Virus record (IMG/VR): IMGVR_UViG_3300020417_001527
Location: 21,790 to 85,789 of that record
Strand: one strand, 5' to 3'
Origin: a virus
DNA: 64,000 nucleotides
The notes under the pieces were generated by a model. That model had not been told where the DNA came from. It saw only the letters and a list, made by a program, of their open reading frames with translations, and did no database searches. Within the stretch, counting starts at the first letter, position 1. Each line of letters begins with the position of its first letter. This document shows, piece after piece, positions 27,364 to 36,614 of this stretch. The position numbers and the translations under genes are program-made.

Positions 27364-28886
27364 TATTCTTCCTCAGTTGCTACATTTACTCTGGCACTTT
27401 CAATGCTAGTTACTCGTTGAAATAGCTGATTGTCAGCCACGTCAGTTCCTTCGTAAAAATTATTTGGATTCTTTTTGCGTAGACCTGTGATTAAATCTAC
27501 AAAACTTTTTTCCAAATTGATACCACAGCGTATAATATTAGGCAGATAACTGTAAAGGTTACTTGCATAAAATAGTGTGGTTTTGTCTTCTGGCACATGT
27601 TCTAATATTTGATCAACATCATAAACCATGTCCAGTTGTATAAATTTAAATTTGCATTCAGTGGTTACTCTGTTCCAAAAGTCTAACCATGAATCAAACC
27701 CTCCGCATATCTCATACAGTAGATTCATGCGTTCGGGTATTTGATGTCCGTTGTGTGCATGATAGCCATTCTTTTCACACCATTCAATGGCTACACGTTC
27801 ATAGTCCCTGCCGTCCCAGTTTTCAACCAAATACTGTTTCAGTTCCACAGACGGACCACTTATATCATACCACGTGACTTCGGTGCCTTTTTCCCAACCA
27901 TGGTGGAACATGTGATGCAACAATTTCCAACCTGCGGCCACGCCCACATAGTTGTTAAATTTAATATGGCTGGTTTCTCTAGCACAGTACCAATTGGTAT
28001 TTGAAACTTCTGTGTTGATCAAATATATAAAATTTTCATAGCTCTGAAACACATAGTTTTGTAACCATATGGCATCTTCATCCACATGTGGTTCTACTTC
28101 GTCCCATGTTTTTTTGCCTATCAATAAATCCTCAAGGTGCTTACTGCCTTCTTCAGGATATACGCTGACCTTGTTACAGCGTAATTCGTCTGGCAAGTTC
28201 CACACACGATATCTATTGTTCAGTGATTTTACAATCAATACATTGCCTGGTTGATTAACAAACTCTACTTCATTTTCATTTAACAAACCTGGCAAGCCAT
28301 CAACATAGGTTGGCGTGTAGTGGTCATGCATGTGTTCTTCTGAAGGTTTATAGTTTGCACACGCATCATTGCTCCATTCTTGATCAAGATCTGGCCAACC
28401 AATTTCTTTCCAAGATTGTAAATTCATTATCAAACATTGATGATGCCAATGTGGATAATCATATTGTTCTATTGTGTCACGCCAACTGGTAACTGCTTCA
28501 CGTCCTTTTTTGTTTTTATTAATTTTTCTATCCAGTAGAATATGTCCTGCCACAGCCCATGGCTCTTCGTGTTTGTTCCATTTGTCTATCGTTTCCAGCA
28601 AAGCCATGTTCCACTTTTCATCTGTGGGCCAACAGCCATCATACCAAATAACTGCATAACGTTTGCCTATGTCATACATGTGTTTCATCCAGTAACGATC
28701 GTGTGATACATTTAACTCTATAAAGTCACCACGCATTGAATTTTGTGCTTCAATGATTTGTATTTGATTCAGTTTTGTTTTCAGCATTGGCCATGATGCT
28801 GTGAGTCTGCTGTCTCTGATAAACACATTCACAATAGGCCAAGAGCTGTCTCTGTTGTAGTAGATATAGGTTTGATTAGTTAGCAT
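27363..28886 (-). CDS. large hypothetical protein (507 aa), possibly two-domain
   Basis: Long coupled ORF; C-half VGVAAG...WYDIS...LFYASN has a Rossmann-like pattern. Confidence 0.6.
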   Translation of the reverse strand: MLTNQTYIYYNRDSSWPIVNVFIRDSRLTASWPMLKTKLNQIQIIEAQNSMRGDFIELNVSHDRYWMKHMYDIGKRYAVIWYDGCWPTDEKWNMALLETIDKWNKHEEPWAVAGHILLDRKINKNKKGREAVTSWRDTIEQYDYPHWHHQCLIMNLQSWKEIGWPDLDQEWSNDACANYKPSEEHMHDHYTPTYVDGLPGLLNENEVEFVNQPGNVLIVKSLNNRYRVWNLPDELRCNKVSVYPEEGSKHLEDLLIGKKTWDEVEPHVDEDAIWLQNYVFQSYENFIYLINTEVSNTNWYCARETSHIKFNNYVGVAAGWKLLHHMFHHGWEKGTEVTWYDISGPSVELKQYLVENWDGRDYERVAIEWCEKNGYHAHNGHQIPERMNLLYEICGGFDSWLDFWNRVTTECKFKFIQLDMVYDVDQILEHVPEDKTTLFYASNLYSYLPNIIRCGINLEKSFVDLITGLRKKNPNNFYEGTDVADNQLFQRVTSIESARVNVATEEE

Positions 28887-29577
28887 GTATATTCCATTGT
28901 CTAATATAAGGTTTCAAAATATTGTTAAAAAACTTTTCTGCTCCCTTTTCGTTTGGGTGCAATTCATCTTGTTGCATGTCATCTCCATTGGATTTTACCC
29001 AATCCACATAGCCAAAATCTGTGTAGATGACACCAAACTGATCAAAACGATCTGTAATTTTTGTCCATATATCATCAGGCACAGCACCAGTCCAGCCTCT
29101 AAACACAATAACTTGACATTGCAAAGCACACAAACAGATCAATGCAACAACATTTTCTAATGTAGCATTGAAACTTGTTACAAGATTTTCATGAACTTGC
29201 CCACCCCAACCGGATACAATTTTTGTATCAGTGAACATAGCAGGAGATTCTAATGTAAATTTTTGTTTATCAGGAAACATAGATTTAACCAATTGGAAAT
29301 ATTTTTCATCTGCTAATACTTCTAGTCGTTGCCAACCACTGAGTTGCCAAATCACATATGTGTTATCCAAGCCTTGATTAATTATATGTCTGTTCAATTG
29401 ATGTGCATTAACTGTGTTGCCTCTGCCACCCTTGGCAAAGTGTATGTGGTTTGATCCAGGAAGTAATTTATCTTTGTCGTAGCCTTTATAAAAAAGTTCT
29501 TCCCACAACAATTCATACGACCACCTTGGCCAAGTCTGTATAGGAGATAAACTACAACCTAGTGTGACCAGTTTCAT
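28876..29577 (-). CDS. SGNH-like protein
   Basis: LGCS, GRGN, WQLSGWQR, DELHP. Confidence 0.6.
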   Translation of the reverse strand: MKLVTLGCSLSPIQTWPRWSYELLWEELFYKGYDKDKLLPGSNHIHFAKGGRGNTVNAHQLNRHIINQGLDNTYVIWQLSGWQRLEVLADEKYFQLVKSMFPDKQKFTLESPAMFTDTKIVSGWGGQVHENLVTSFNATLENVVALICLCALQCQVIVFRGWTGAVPDDIWTKITDRFDQFGVIYTDFGYVDWVKSNGDDMQQDELHPNEKGAEKFFNNILKPYIRQWNIHAN

Positions 29578-30752
29578 AGATATTTCTCCAGTAAACCTTC
29601 AAAGGTGTCTGCGTCTTTGTATCTTGTTTCTAATGCTTGTGCATAAGGCACAGTTTTTTTATTCCATAGTTTTGTTTGATCATTGCTGTCCAAGTATTTT
29701 ACAATATGATCAAATCTACCATCTGCTTTTAATTTGTTTTGTATTGCTGATCTAATTGGTTCTGGGTAGACACCAATGTTCAAGTACTTGGGTGTTTGCA
29801 ACATGTATGCTCCGATGTGAAACCAGTCAATACCCATACCTTCAAAGTAATTGTAAAATTCTGGTAACTGAAAACAATTAAATGCTTGTACTGTTAGCCC
29901 TAATCCCAAACTCACATTTACAGGCGAAGCATACAACGTTCTAATATTACTTACCACATCTTCAAACTCGGCTCCTGTGCGTATGTAATTGTACACATCA
30001 TGCACACCATCAACAGATATTTTTACTTGCACATGTCTAAACTGACGCCATAGTTCTATTAGATCATGTTTCTTAAATTGTAGATGTGTAAGATTTGATG
30101 CATAACGTAATTGTATTTTGTGTCTGCGATGCTTGGGTATGCTGTTTAACAGCGTATAATGTTCTTCGTTAATAATTGGTTCACCACCTGAAAACTGTAG
30201 CCTATCAACATCTTCCCAAAGCTCTGGATCGTTTTGCAAATACTCATACAGTTCTAATGGGCGTAGCAGTCTAGTTTCATGTTGAAATTCATTGTCCTCG
30301 GGTGAAAACTTGCGTATAATATCCAAGTCGTGTGTACGTTTGTATGAGCTTTCAGTACTGCACATTTTACACTTTAAGTTGCAAAAGTTTGAAACTTTAC
30401 TTTCAATCCACATAGGTGCTGTTTCAACAGTACCATCTTCAAACGCTACAATTTTATCTGCGTAGTCGTCCCAAAAGTCACGTTCGTTTATTTCTCTGTT
30501 GCTTTCTATTCCGTTGGCTTCGTTGTGCCAACACACATGACATGCAGGGTGTTGTTCGCCACGCATGAGTGCCGTGCGTAATTCTTTGTACTTTGTACCA
30601 TTCCATGTTTCACGCAGATTACCAGCATTCATTATGCTTTCTTGTGCTTCACAGCAAGGCACAACATCTCCACCAGCACTGGTATAGATATGCATCCAGG
30701 GTAATATACACATGGTAGGACCTTTGGTGATCATAATTTTAACAATCTCCAA
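29574..30752 (-). CDS. radical SAM protein with N-terminal Twitch/SPASM-like domain
   Basis: CILPW...PCC...CHVC then CNLKCKMC, GGEP, SVDG. Confidence 0.93.
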   Translation of the reverse strand: MEIVKIMITKGPTMCILPWMHIYTSAGGDVVPCCEAQESIMNAGNLRETWNGTKYKELRTALMRGEQHPACHVCWHNEANGIESNREINERDFWDDYADKIVAFEDGTVETAPMWIESKVSNFCNLKCKMCSTESSYKRTHDLDIIRKFSPEDNEFQHETRLLRPLELYEYLQNDPELWEDVDRLQFSGGEPIINEEHYTLLNSIPKHRRHKIQLRYASNLTHLQFKKHDLIELWRQFRHVQVKISVDGVHDVYNYIRTGAEFEDVVSNIRTLYASPVNVSLGLGLTVQAFNCFQLPEFYNYFEGMGIDWFHIGAYMLQTPKYLNIGVYPEPIRSAIQNKLKADGRFDHIVKYLDSNDQTKLWNKKTVPYAQALETRYKDADTFEGLLEKYL

Positions 30753-31951
30753 AGCCTATCAAACGTGTTAACATCATCGCCGCGAATCTTTGCAAGTCGA
30801 TCTATGTCTTTGCGTAATTCTTCTACACCTATATTGCTACCAGTACGTTTGCACATTTTTTTAACTTTTTTATAATACTTTTCAAACTTGTGTGCTTTAG
30901 GATGATACTGCATAAACTGATTGTCCAGAGTATATTCTATTCTATCTTTGACCCAGTCTGGATACATTGCAATACCAAGATGCTTTGGTTCAAATACTGT
31001 TTGCAACATAACATTGATATTGTAACGACCTTTAAAATAATGCACCACATCATAGATGTAAAGCACATTAAGTATGCCAACTGTGGTAGCCAGTTGCAGA
31101 TTAACATTTGTATCTTTGGCAAGTTTGTGCCACTTTAAAAATATTTGTTCTGTTTTAATCCAGTCAGCACCTTTGCGTAGATATTCAAACTGTTCATCTA
31201 GTGCATCTATAGATAAACTTATGTCCACCTGTTTAAATTTAAGCAGAGCAGACTCATCCATTTTGTTAGGATAAAATGTACAGTTGGTAAAAATTTCTAG
31301 TGCAATTTGTTTTGCATAACCACTTAGTGCTAAACGTTTTATTAGATTTAAAAACTGTCGATGCAGGAATGGCTCACCACCTGTAACTTTCATAAACTTG
31401 ATGTTTTTAAAAATTTCAATATCTAGGTTATCTAAATCAAATTCATCTATGTATTTGCTTCTCACAGTCATGCCCATTTCTTTAGCATCACTGTCCCATT
31501 TGTTGCTCCAATCAGAATCACAGGTAACACAACGTAGATTACATAACCTACCCACAACAATTTCCATGCCAGCAAATTCTATATCGTCATTGTCCCACAG
31601 TTCAAAACTTTCATGACGCATGGAAAAGTTGCCATTCTTTTCATCTTCATAACACTTCCAACAACCAGGCACATATTCATTGCTCAACATTTTTGCACGA
31701 ATGTCAGTGAACAGTTTGTCAAAGTTTTGTATTTTACCTTTGTCTTCTTTGGCTAAAAAGTTATGATTAAAACGACAGCAGGGCATCGCAGGATCGTTTG
31801 GAGTCACCTGGGCATGTTTAAATGGATATCTGCAAAAGAAACGACCGTGTTTGCTATTCAAACTTTTTGTGTTTCTTGTAGTACTTGATATGTTTTCTGA
31901 TGTTAATGCGGTTGTAGGTTCCATCTCTGCTGTATTCGTCCCAGGCGTCAT
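30731..31951 (-). CDS. radical SAM protein with N-terminal Twitch/SPASM-like domain
   Basis: CRYPF...PCC...CWKC then CNLRCVTC, GGEP; true start probably near 31860. Confidence 0.9.
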   Translation of the reverse strand: MTPGTNTAEMEPTTALTSENISSTTRNTKSLNSKHGRFFCRYPFKHAQVTPNDPAMPCCRFNHNFLAKEDKGKIQNFDKLFTDIRAKMLSNEYVPGCWKCYEDEKNGNFSMRHESFELWDNDDIEFAGMEIVVGRLCNLRCVTCDSDWSNKWDSDAKEMGMTVRSKYIDEFDLDNLDIEIFKNIKFMKVTGGEPFLHRQFLNLIKRLALSGYAKQIALEIFTNCTFYPNKMDESALLKFKQVDISLSIDALDEQFEYLRKGADWIKTEQIFLKWHKLAKDTNVNLQLATTVGILNVLYIYDVVHYFKGRYNINVMLQTVFEPKHLGIAMYPDWVKDRIEYTLDNQFMQYHPKAHKFEKYYKKVKKMCKRTGSNIGVEELRKDIDRLAKIRGDDVNTFDRLWRLLKL

Positions 31952-32765
31952 CGCCCTTGGCTATGTGTACAGTTTTACTTCTTTCAAGTCCAAACTGTTT
32001 GCATACTGCATCTGCATGTTTGCTGTATACATTAGGAATAGTGTCAGGAGAAAAGTTTCTAATTAATTCTAACGCTATGCTTGTATTTAGATGTATGCCA
32101 TGATGCCATTCTGTTTGCAAGTGTAAACTGCTATAATCTTCTCTGGTAAACACCATGCCTGCTCGCCAATTACCACTGCTTAAACTTTTGGTTGTGCTGA
32201 ATGCTACTGCACGAATTGGATCGTGTCCAAATTTAACTTCAATGTCTTCGCAACAACCAAACCATGCACAATCTACATATATTGGTATGCTTTTTTCGTA
32301 GCATTGTTCTATGAGCCATTTCCAATACGGGTGCTTGTCACCATGTCCTGAGAATGGTGTGCTGATTATAACAGCATCACCTTTGCGTAGATTTTCATTT
32401 TCAATGTATTGTGTATGATCCCATTTGTATGCTACATCTCTGTGATAAGGATATTCTCCTTTAAAAACACGAATACGCTGACCCCGACTGGTACACATAA
32501 AGTGCCACCAATCAAAGGCCTGCGTGGTACCCAAACTTATTACTCTATGTGGATAGAGATCTATATCCAACCCTCTAAATGAGTTGAGTTTACTGCTACC
32601 TATCCATTCTGGAAATTCTAGCAAAAATGCGTCCTGAGATTTCGGAAGGTCGGAGGCGTCTATACGGCTCCAAAAACCTGAGTCCTGTAGGTAATCAAAG
32701 TAAGGATTGTGCCAAATTGAATTGGCACTCTTTTCAAAGTTTGGGGTAGTCATAGTATTTCTCAT
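31854..32765 (-). CDS. PLP-dependent (fold type I) aminotransferase-like enzyme
   Basis: VIISTPFS, IYVDCAW, FSTTKSL (Schiff-base Lys), WRAG. Confidence 0.7.
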   Translation of the reverse strand: MRNTMTTPNFEKSANSIWHNPYFDYLQDSGFWSRIDASDLPKSQDAFLLEFPEWIGSSKLNSFRGLDIDLYPHRVISLGTTQAFDWWHFMCTSRGQRIRVFKGEYPYHRDVAYKWDHTQYIENENLRKGDAVIISTPFSGHGDKHPYWKWLIEQCYEKSIPIYVDCAWFGCCEDIEVKFGHDPIRAVAFSTTKSLSSGNWRAGMVFTREDYSSLHLQTEWHHGIHLNTSIALELIRNFSPDTIPNVYSKHADAVCKQFGLERSKTVHIAKGDDAWDEYSRDGTYNRINIRKHIKYYKKHKKFE

Positions 32766-33990
32766 GCCATGGTTTTAGTGCTGGTACAAGATCAAAATAG
32801 TTAGTATCTCTTATCCTGTCTAAATCTCCCATGTATTTCAAGAAGTGTTTGAATCGTTTCATTCTTTCTTCTTCTGTGAACTTTGGTGTTTGTAAACTTT
32901 TAATAACATTATGGATGCCTGAGTTGTACTCACCGCCTGCACGATATTCCAATGTCTGTGGAATAAGCTGTACTTTAGAAAGTGCATCTTGTTTTATATC
33001 CTTGGGCAATACATCAATGTCCAAATACCTAGGCGACACCACTGTGTTACTGAAACTGAACTCGACACCATAATCTAAATATGGTTTTAACCAACGCCAT
33101 GTGTCCAGTAGAGTCATAACGTTGGCACTCATAGTAGTTATCGCAAAACAAATTCGTAGATTTGGAATGTCTAAAAATGTTTTAACATTCTCTTCTAGAT
33201 CTTCTGCTGTGTATTTGCCACCACGTAGAATACTGTACATTTCACCTGCACCTTCAATGCTGATGTACAGTTGTATTTCTTTAAAGTGTGGAAACAGTTC
33301 TAAAAATTCTGGATCCAACACAGTTGCATTGGTGCTGATATCTAGCGTGATATTTTGTGATGTTTTGTTGTTGACAAATTGCTGTAGGAGGTGTAGGTTG
33401 TGTTTTTCATAAAGAGGCTCACCACCACGAAGAGCAACAAACCTAAGATTCCTAAAGTGATCAGGGTTGGCAAAAAGATTATCAATGCAAGATACGTCCA
33501 GCCTGCCCCATGGTGCTGTTTTGCTACGCCAGTCTCTGTGTTGTAATTTTTTCTCATCTTTTATCCATGCTGTACTTACCTCACCTGAACAATGCACACA
33601 CTTTAAATTACACACATTGCTGGTTGTAAAGTCCAAGTATACAATGTCAGGATCATCTTCTAGTGTTACTGGTCGCTGTTTTAGTTCGTGTGGAAATATA
33701 TCCCAAAAATAATGTCGTCTGCTTTTACCAACCAACTGTTCTTTTTTCATGCAGGTTTCACAGAACTTGTTGTAGCGTCTTTTGATTATGTCTGTGCGTA
33801 AATCTCGTGCTACATCACTGTGCCAAAGTTCCTGTAACGTGTTCTCATATAGACTGCCGTAAAAGCCTTTGAAATGCATGTCGCTGTTGATACGACCATC
33901 AGGATGTACTGTTAGACAATTCCAAGGTGCTAAACATAAAGGATTTGGAGCATCATAAAAGTTGTTATAGATAAGACTCACAGTTACCAT
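32734..33990 (-). CDS. radical SAM protein with N-terminal Twitch/SPASM-like domain
   Basis: CLAPW...DG...CETC then CNLKCVHC, GGEP, STNAT. Confidence 0.92.
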   Translation of the reverse strand: MVTVSLIYNNFYDAPNPLCLAPWNCLTVHPDGRINSDMHFKGFYGSLYENTLQELWHSDVARDLRTDIIKRRYNKFCETCMKKEQLVGKSRRHYFWDIFPHELKQRPVTLEDDPDIVYLDFTTSNVCNLKCVHCSGEVSTAWIKDEKKLQHRDWRSKTAPWGRLDVSCIDNLFANPDHFRNLRFVALRGGEPLYEKHNLHLLQQFVNNKTSQNITLDISTNATVLDPEFLELFPHFKEIQLYISIEGAGEMYSILRGGKYTAEDLEENVKTFLDIPNLRICFAITTMSANVMTLLDTWRWLKPYLDYGVEFSFSNTVVSPRYLDIDVLPKDIKQDALSKVQLIPQTLEYRAGGEYNSGIHNVIKSLQTPKFTEEERMKRFKHFLKYMGDLDRIRDTNYFDLVPALKPWHEKYYDYPKL

Positions 33991-35023
33991 CTCGTACCCA
34001 GTCGCTGGTTAAACAATGAATGCCACCATCCCAAAAGTATTGGTGCCTCCATTTCCAGTAAACTGTATCTATGCCACGTTTTTCTATAGCAGTACGAGCC
34101 TTTTTATCATCACCTGTTACAATAACAGTCTTTTCGTCAATGCTTAGTACATTGACGTCAAAAACGCTTTCGTCAGCATAACCAACCCAATGTGAAAGCC
34201 ATTTGCTGACGTATTCTCTGTGGAACCTACGCTTTCGTGTATTTAAAAAATCTTCAGGCATATCGTGTGTATCTTCTATTTCAATGATATCCCAACTTTT
34301 AAGTTCATCAGGTATCCAATCACGATTCCAAGTCATTAACACACCTGGTTTAAGCAATGCAATTTTTCCATCTATGTGTCCGCCAACTCTAACATCTATG
34401 AACTTGGTGTTAGGATACAATCTTTTTGTTATACGTTCAATCCAAGCTCTGCCATAGTTTGTGCCTTTGCCTCGTTCATCATGTCTTTGATATGGCTGTG
34501 AACACAATATCACATCACCTAACTTGATCATGTTGGCGGCATGATATATCAACTTTAAGTCTTGTTCAAAGTCTATGTATTTTTGTCCTGTGTTAACCAT
34601 CACACCTGGCATACTGATCCAATCTCCTCCAATGAGCCAATTGGTTGTGTTTTCTCTATAATAGGCCATGTTTTCAAAGTAACGATTATCAGATCCTGTA
34701 AACATTTCAAACATTGTTTCTCCATATGGAAACAGCGTGTCACGTGGCATCAGTGGATGATTAGGATATCCACATTTCATCCAAGGCAAGTTAACTTGTT
34801 CTTCACCATTGATAGTAAATATGTTATCAGGACGAGTTACCATTACGTCAGCTGATTCAAGAATGCCCACAAGTGTTTGTAGGTCTTCTTCAGTTTCTTC
34901 AAATATTTGTCGCATAGATTCTCGCTGTTCGCGATTGCCATGCCAGTCAAATGTTTCTGGAGGATATGCTCTACCGAGCATTATTTGTTGTAGTGGCTGA
35001 AATTCAGTCCATGCATTTATCAT
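33965..35023 (-). CDS. amidinotransferase (pentein family; glycine/inosamine-phosphate amidinotransferase-like)
   Basis: EFQPL, MPRD, HIDG, FDVNVLSI, GGIHCLT catalytic Cys. Confidence 0.88.
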   Translation of the reverse strand: MINAWTEFQPLQQIMLGRAYPPETFDWHGNREQRESMRQIFEETEEDLQTLVGILESADVMVTRPDNIFTINGEEQVNLPWMKCGYPNHPLMPRDTLFPYGETMFEMFTGSDNRYFENMAYYRENTTNWLIGGDWISMPGVMVNTGQKYIDFEQDLKLIYHAANMIKLGDVILCSQPYQRHDERGKGTNYGRAWIERITKRLYPNTKFIDVRVGGHIDGKIALLKPGVLMTWNRDWIPDELKSWDIIEIEDTHDMPEDFLNTRKRRFHREYVSKWLSHWVGYADESVFDVNVLSIDEKTVIVTGDDKKARTAIEKRGIDTVYWKWRHQYFWDGGIHCLTSDWVRDGNCESYL

Positions 35024-35070
35024 TCTTGGTTAGACTCCTTGTATGATAATTATATATGTATTTAACGGAG
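35024..35070. promoter_or_regulatory. compact divergent promoter/RBS region
   Basis: Minus-strand TAAATA (35059-35064) and AAGGAG; plus-strand ATAATTA and GGAG. Confidence 0.45.
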
Positions 35071-35907
35071 ATGTCAATGCTAAAAACACAAATTGCAATA
35101 GATCCAGAAGCAAGATGCTCAAACAAACTGGATTATCATTACTATGGTCCAAATGATAACATCTATGATACCATGTATGAAGCATTTGAATCAGGTGAAC
35201 CTGTAATCATAGACGGTCACACAGTAGATGGTATTGACATGGACTATTATAGTAATTTACCTGAGTGGTACACAGACAAGAATGCTTGGGTGAAGCCATG
35301 GTATCTGTCAGATCTAAAACGTGAACCCATGCCTGCTAGTACCAAAGATATGGGATTAGACGGAGAAGAGTTTTTAAAACGACATAGAAAAGATCAAAAG
35401 CATTGGGACGCATTTTTTGATCAATGTTTTCCAAAATACACAGTAAATGCTCGTATGCTTTCGCACAGATACAATCAACTGGTGCAAAACAATCTGCACT
35501 TGGATTTGCCAGATGAAGAACACACAGGCAACGACCATCAAATACGCATGTTTCTAAATTTGGATCGTAAAAAGCCACGCATACTTGCATTCAGTTACAG
35601 CGTAGAACAGTATTTTAGATTGTACTATGATGAAAAAAGTCTTGACCAATTGGATAAAACCAACTATCATTCTTTTATAAAAGAACTGCGTGACAGATGT
35701 ATTTGGAACGAAGACAAATGGGATCAGTTTCATTTGCCACGCCATTACATTACGTTTCCTCCTGGCTCTATGTGGTTTTTTAATGCACAATGGATTTCAC
35801 ATCAAATTATATTTGGTAACAAACTGCAATGCTACGAAGCTGATATAGAAGTAGACAGTCTACAGTTTCCAGAACTAGGTGTGCCTAACAGAATTGCACA
35901 GCTATGA
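35056..35907 (+). CDS. Kdo hydroxylase (KdoO)-like Fe(II)/2OG oxygenase
   Basis: LHLD, IRMFLNLD...PR, FPPGSMWF...SHQIIFG resemble KdoO-family motifs. Confidence 0.65.
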   Translation: MYLTEMSMLKTQIAIDPEARCSNKLDYHYYGPNDNIYDTMYEAFESGEPVIIDGHTVDGIDMDYYSNLPEWYTDKNAWVKPWYLSDLKREPMPASTKDMGLDGEEFLKRHRKDQKHWDAFFDQCFPKYTVNARMLSHRYNQLVQNNLHLDLPDEEHTGNDHQIRMFLNLDRKKPRILAFSYSVEQYFRLYYDEKSLDQLDKTNYHSFIKELRDRCIWNEDKWDQFHLPRHYITFPPGSMWFFNAQWISHQIIFGNKLQCYEADIEVDSLQFPELGVPNRIAQL

Positions 35908-36614
35908 TTTGGATTGTTTCTAAATCTGGCATGTCTGCACAATTTTTAGAAGCATGTATCAATAATGTAGATTTATGTTCAGACCAAAAGCATTATGATT
36001 TAATCCAAACACCATGTAAATTTGGATATTTTTTAGAACTTAATCACGATTGGGGAGGTACCTATGTGCCTTTAAAAAGGACAACCCAAGAAGCATGGAA
36101 CGATGAATGGTATGATGGATTTAGTCGTGCAAAAAGTATTGCTGAAAGCAAAGGACACAATGCTCTGTTTACACACAGGCATGATAAAGAACTTATTCAA
36201 TGGATGAAGGAAGCAGGAGACTCAGTAATTGTACTGCGACATGTAAATCATTTGCCACTGTGGATTTGTCGTGAATCTGTGCTAGATGAAAAGTATGAAA
36301 AGACTGTGGGCTACTTCTTACAAAAATTAAAAAGTCGTCTTATAGAATTAGATACAATGCCTGATCACATCAGCGAACAACCATATCTAGATCAGAACGA
36401 TTTTTTAACACTTGCTACCAGACAGTTACAAAAATTAGCACCCTGTATGGATATTGAACTTTTTAGACACAACTTGAATTACTATGTGCCAGCAAATTTA
36501 AAAGGCATTACAAAATGGGATATGATGACAGAAATAATAATCAAATATCATTCAAGTAATCCATTAATTGCATGGGGTTATGATGATTTAATCAACACTG
36601 ATCTCACTTTTTAA
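35904..36614 (+). CDS. hypothetical protein (possible sulfotransferase-like Gly-loop family)
   Basis: IWIVSKSGMSAQFL...FTHRH; ATGA coupling. Confidence 0.5.
   Translation: MIWIVSKSGMSAQFLEACINNVDLCSDQKHYDLIQTPCKFGYFLELNHDWGGTYVPLKRTTQEAWNDEWYDGFSRAKSIAESKGHNALFTHRHDKELIQWMKEAGDSVIVLRHVNHLPLWICRESVLDEKYEKTVGYFLQKLKSRLIELDTMPDHISEQPYLDQNDFLTLATRQLQKLAPCMDIELFRHNLNYYVPANLKGITKWDMMTEIIIKYHSSNPLIAWGYDDLINTDLTF

Noticed and set aside
33965-35023. Archaeosine synthase linked to queE
   Set aside because: The motifs are those of the pentein amidinotransferase fold, not ArcS, QueF-like or GAT-QueC; it lies over 22 kb from queE.
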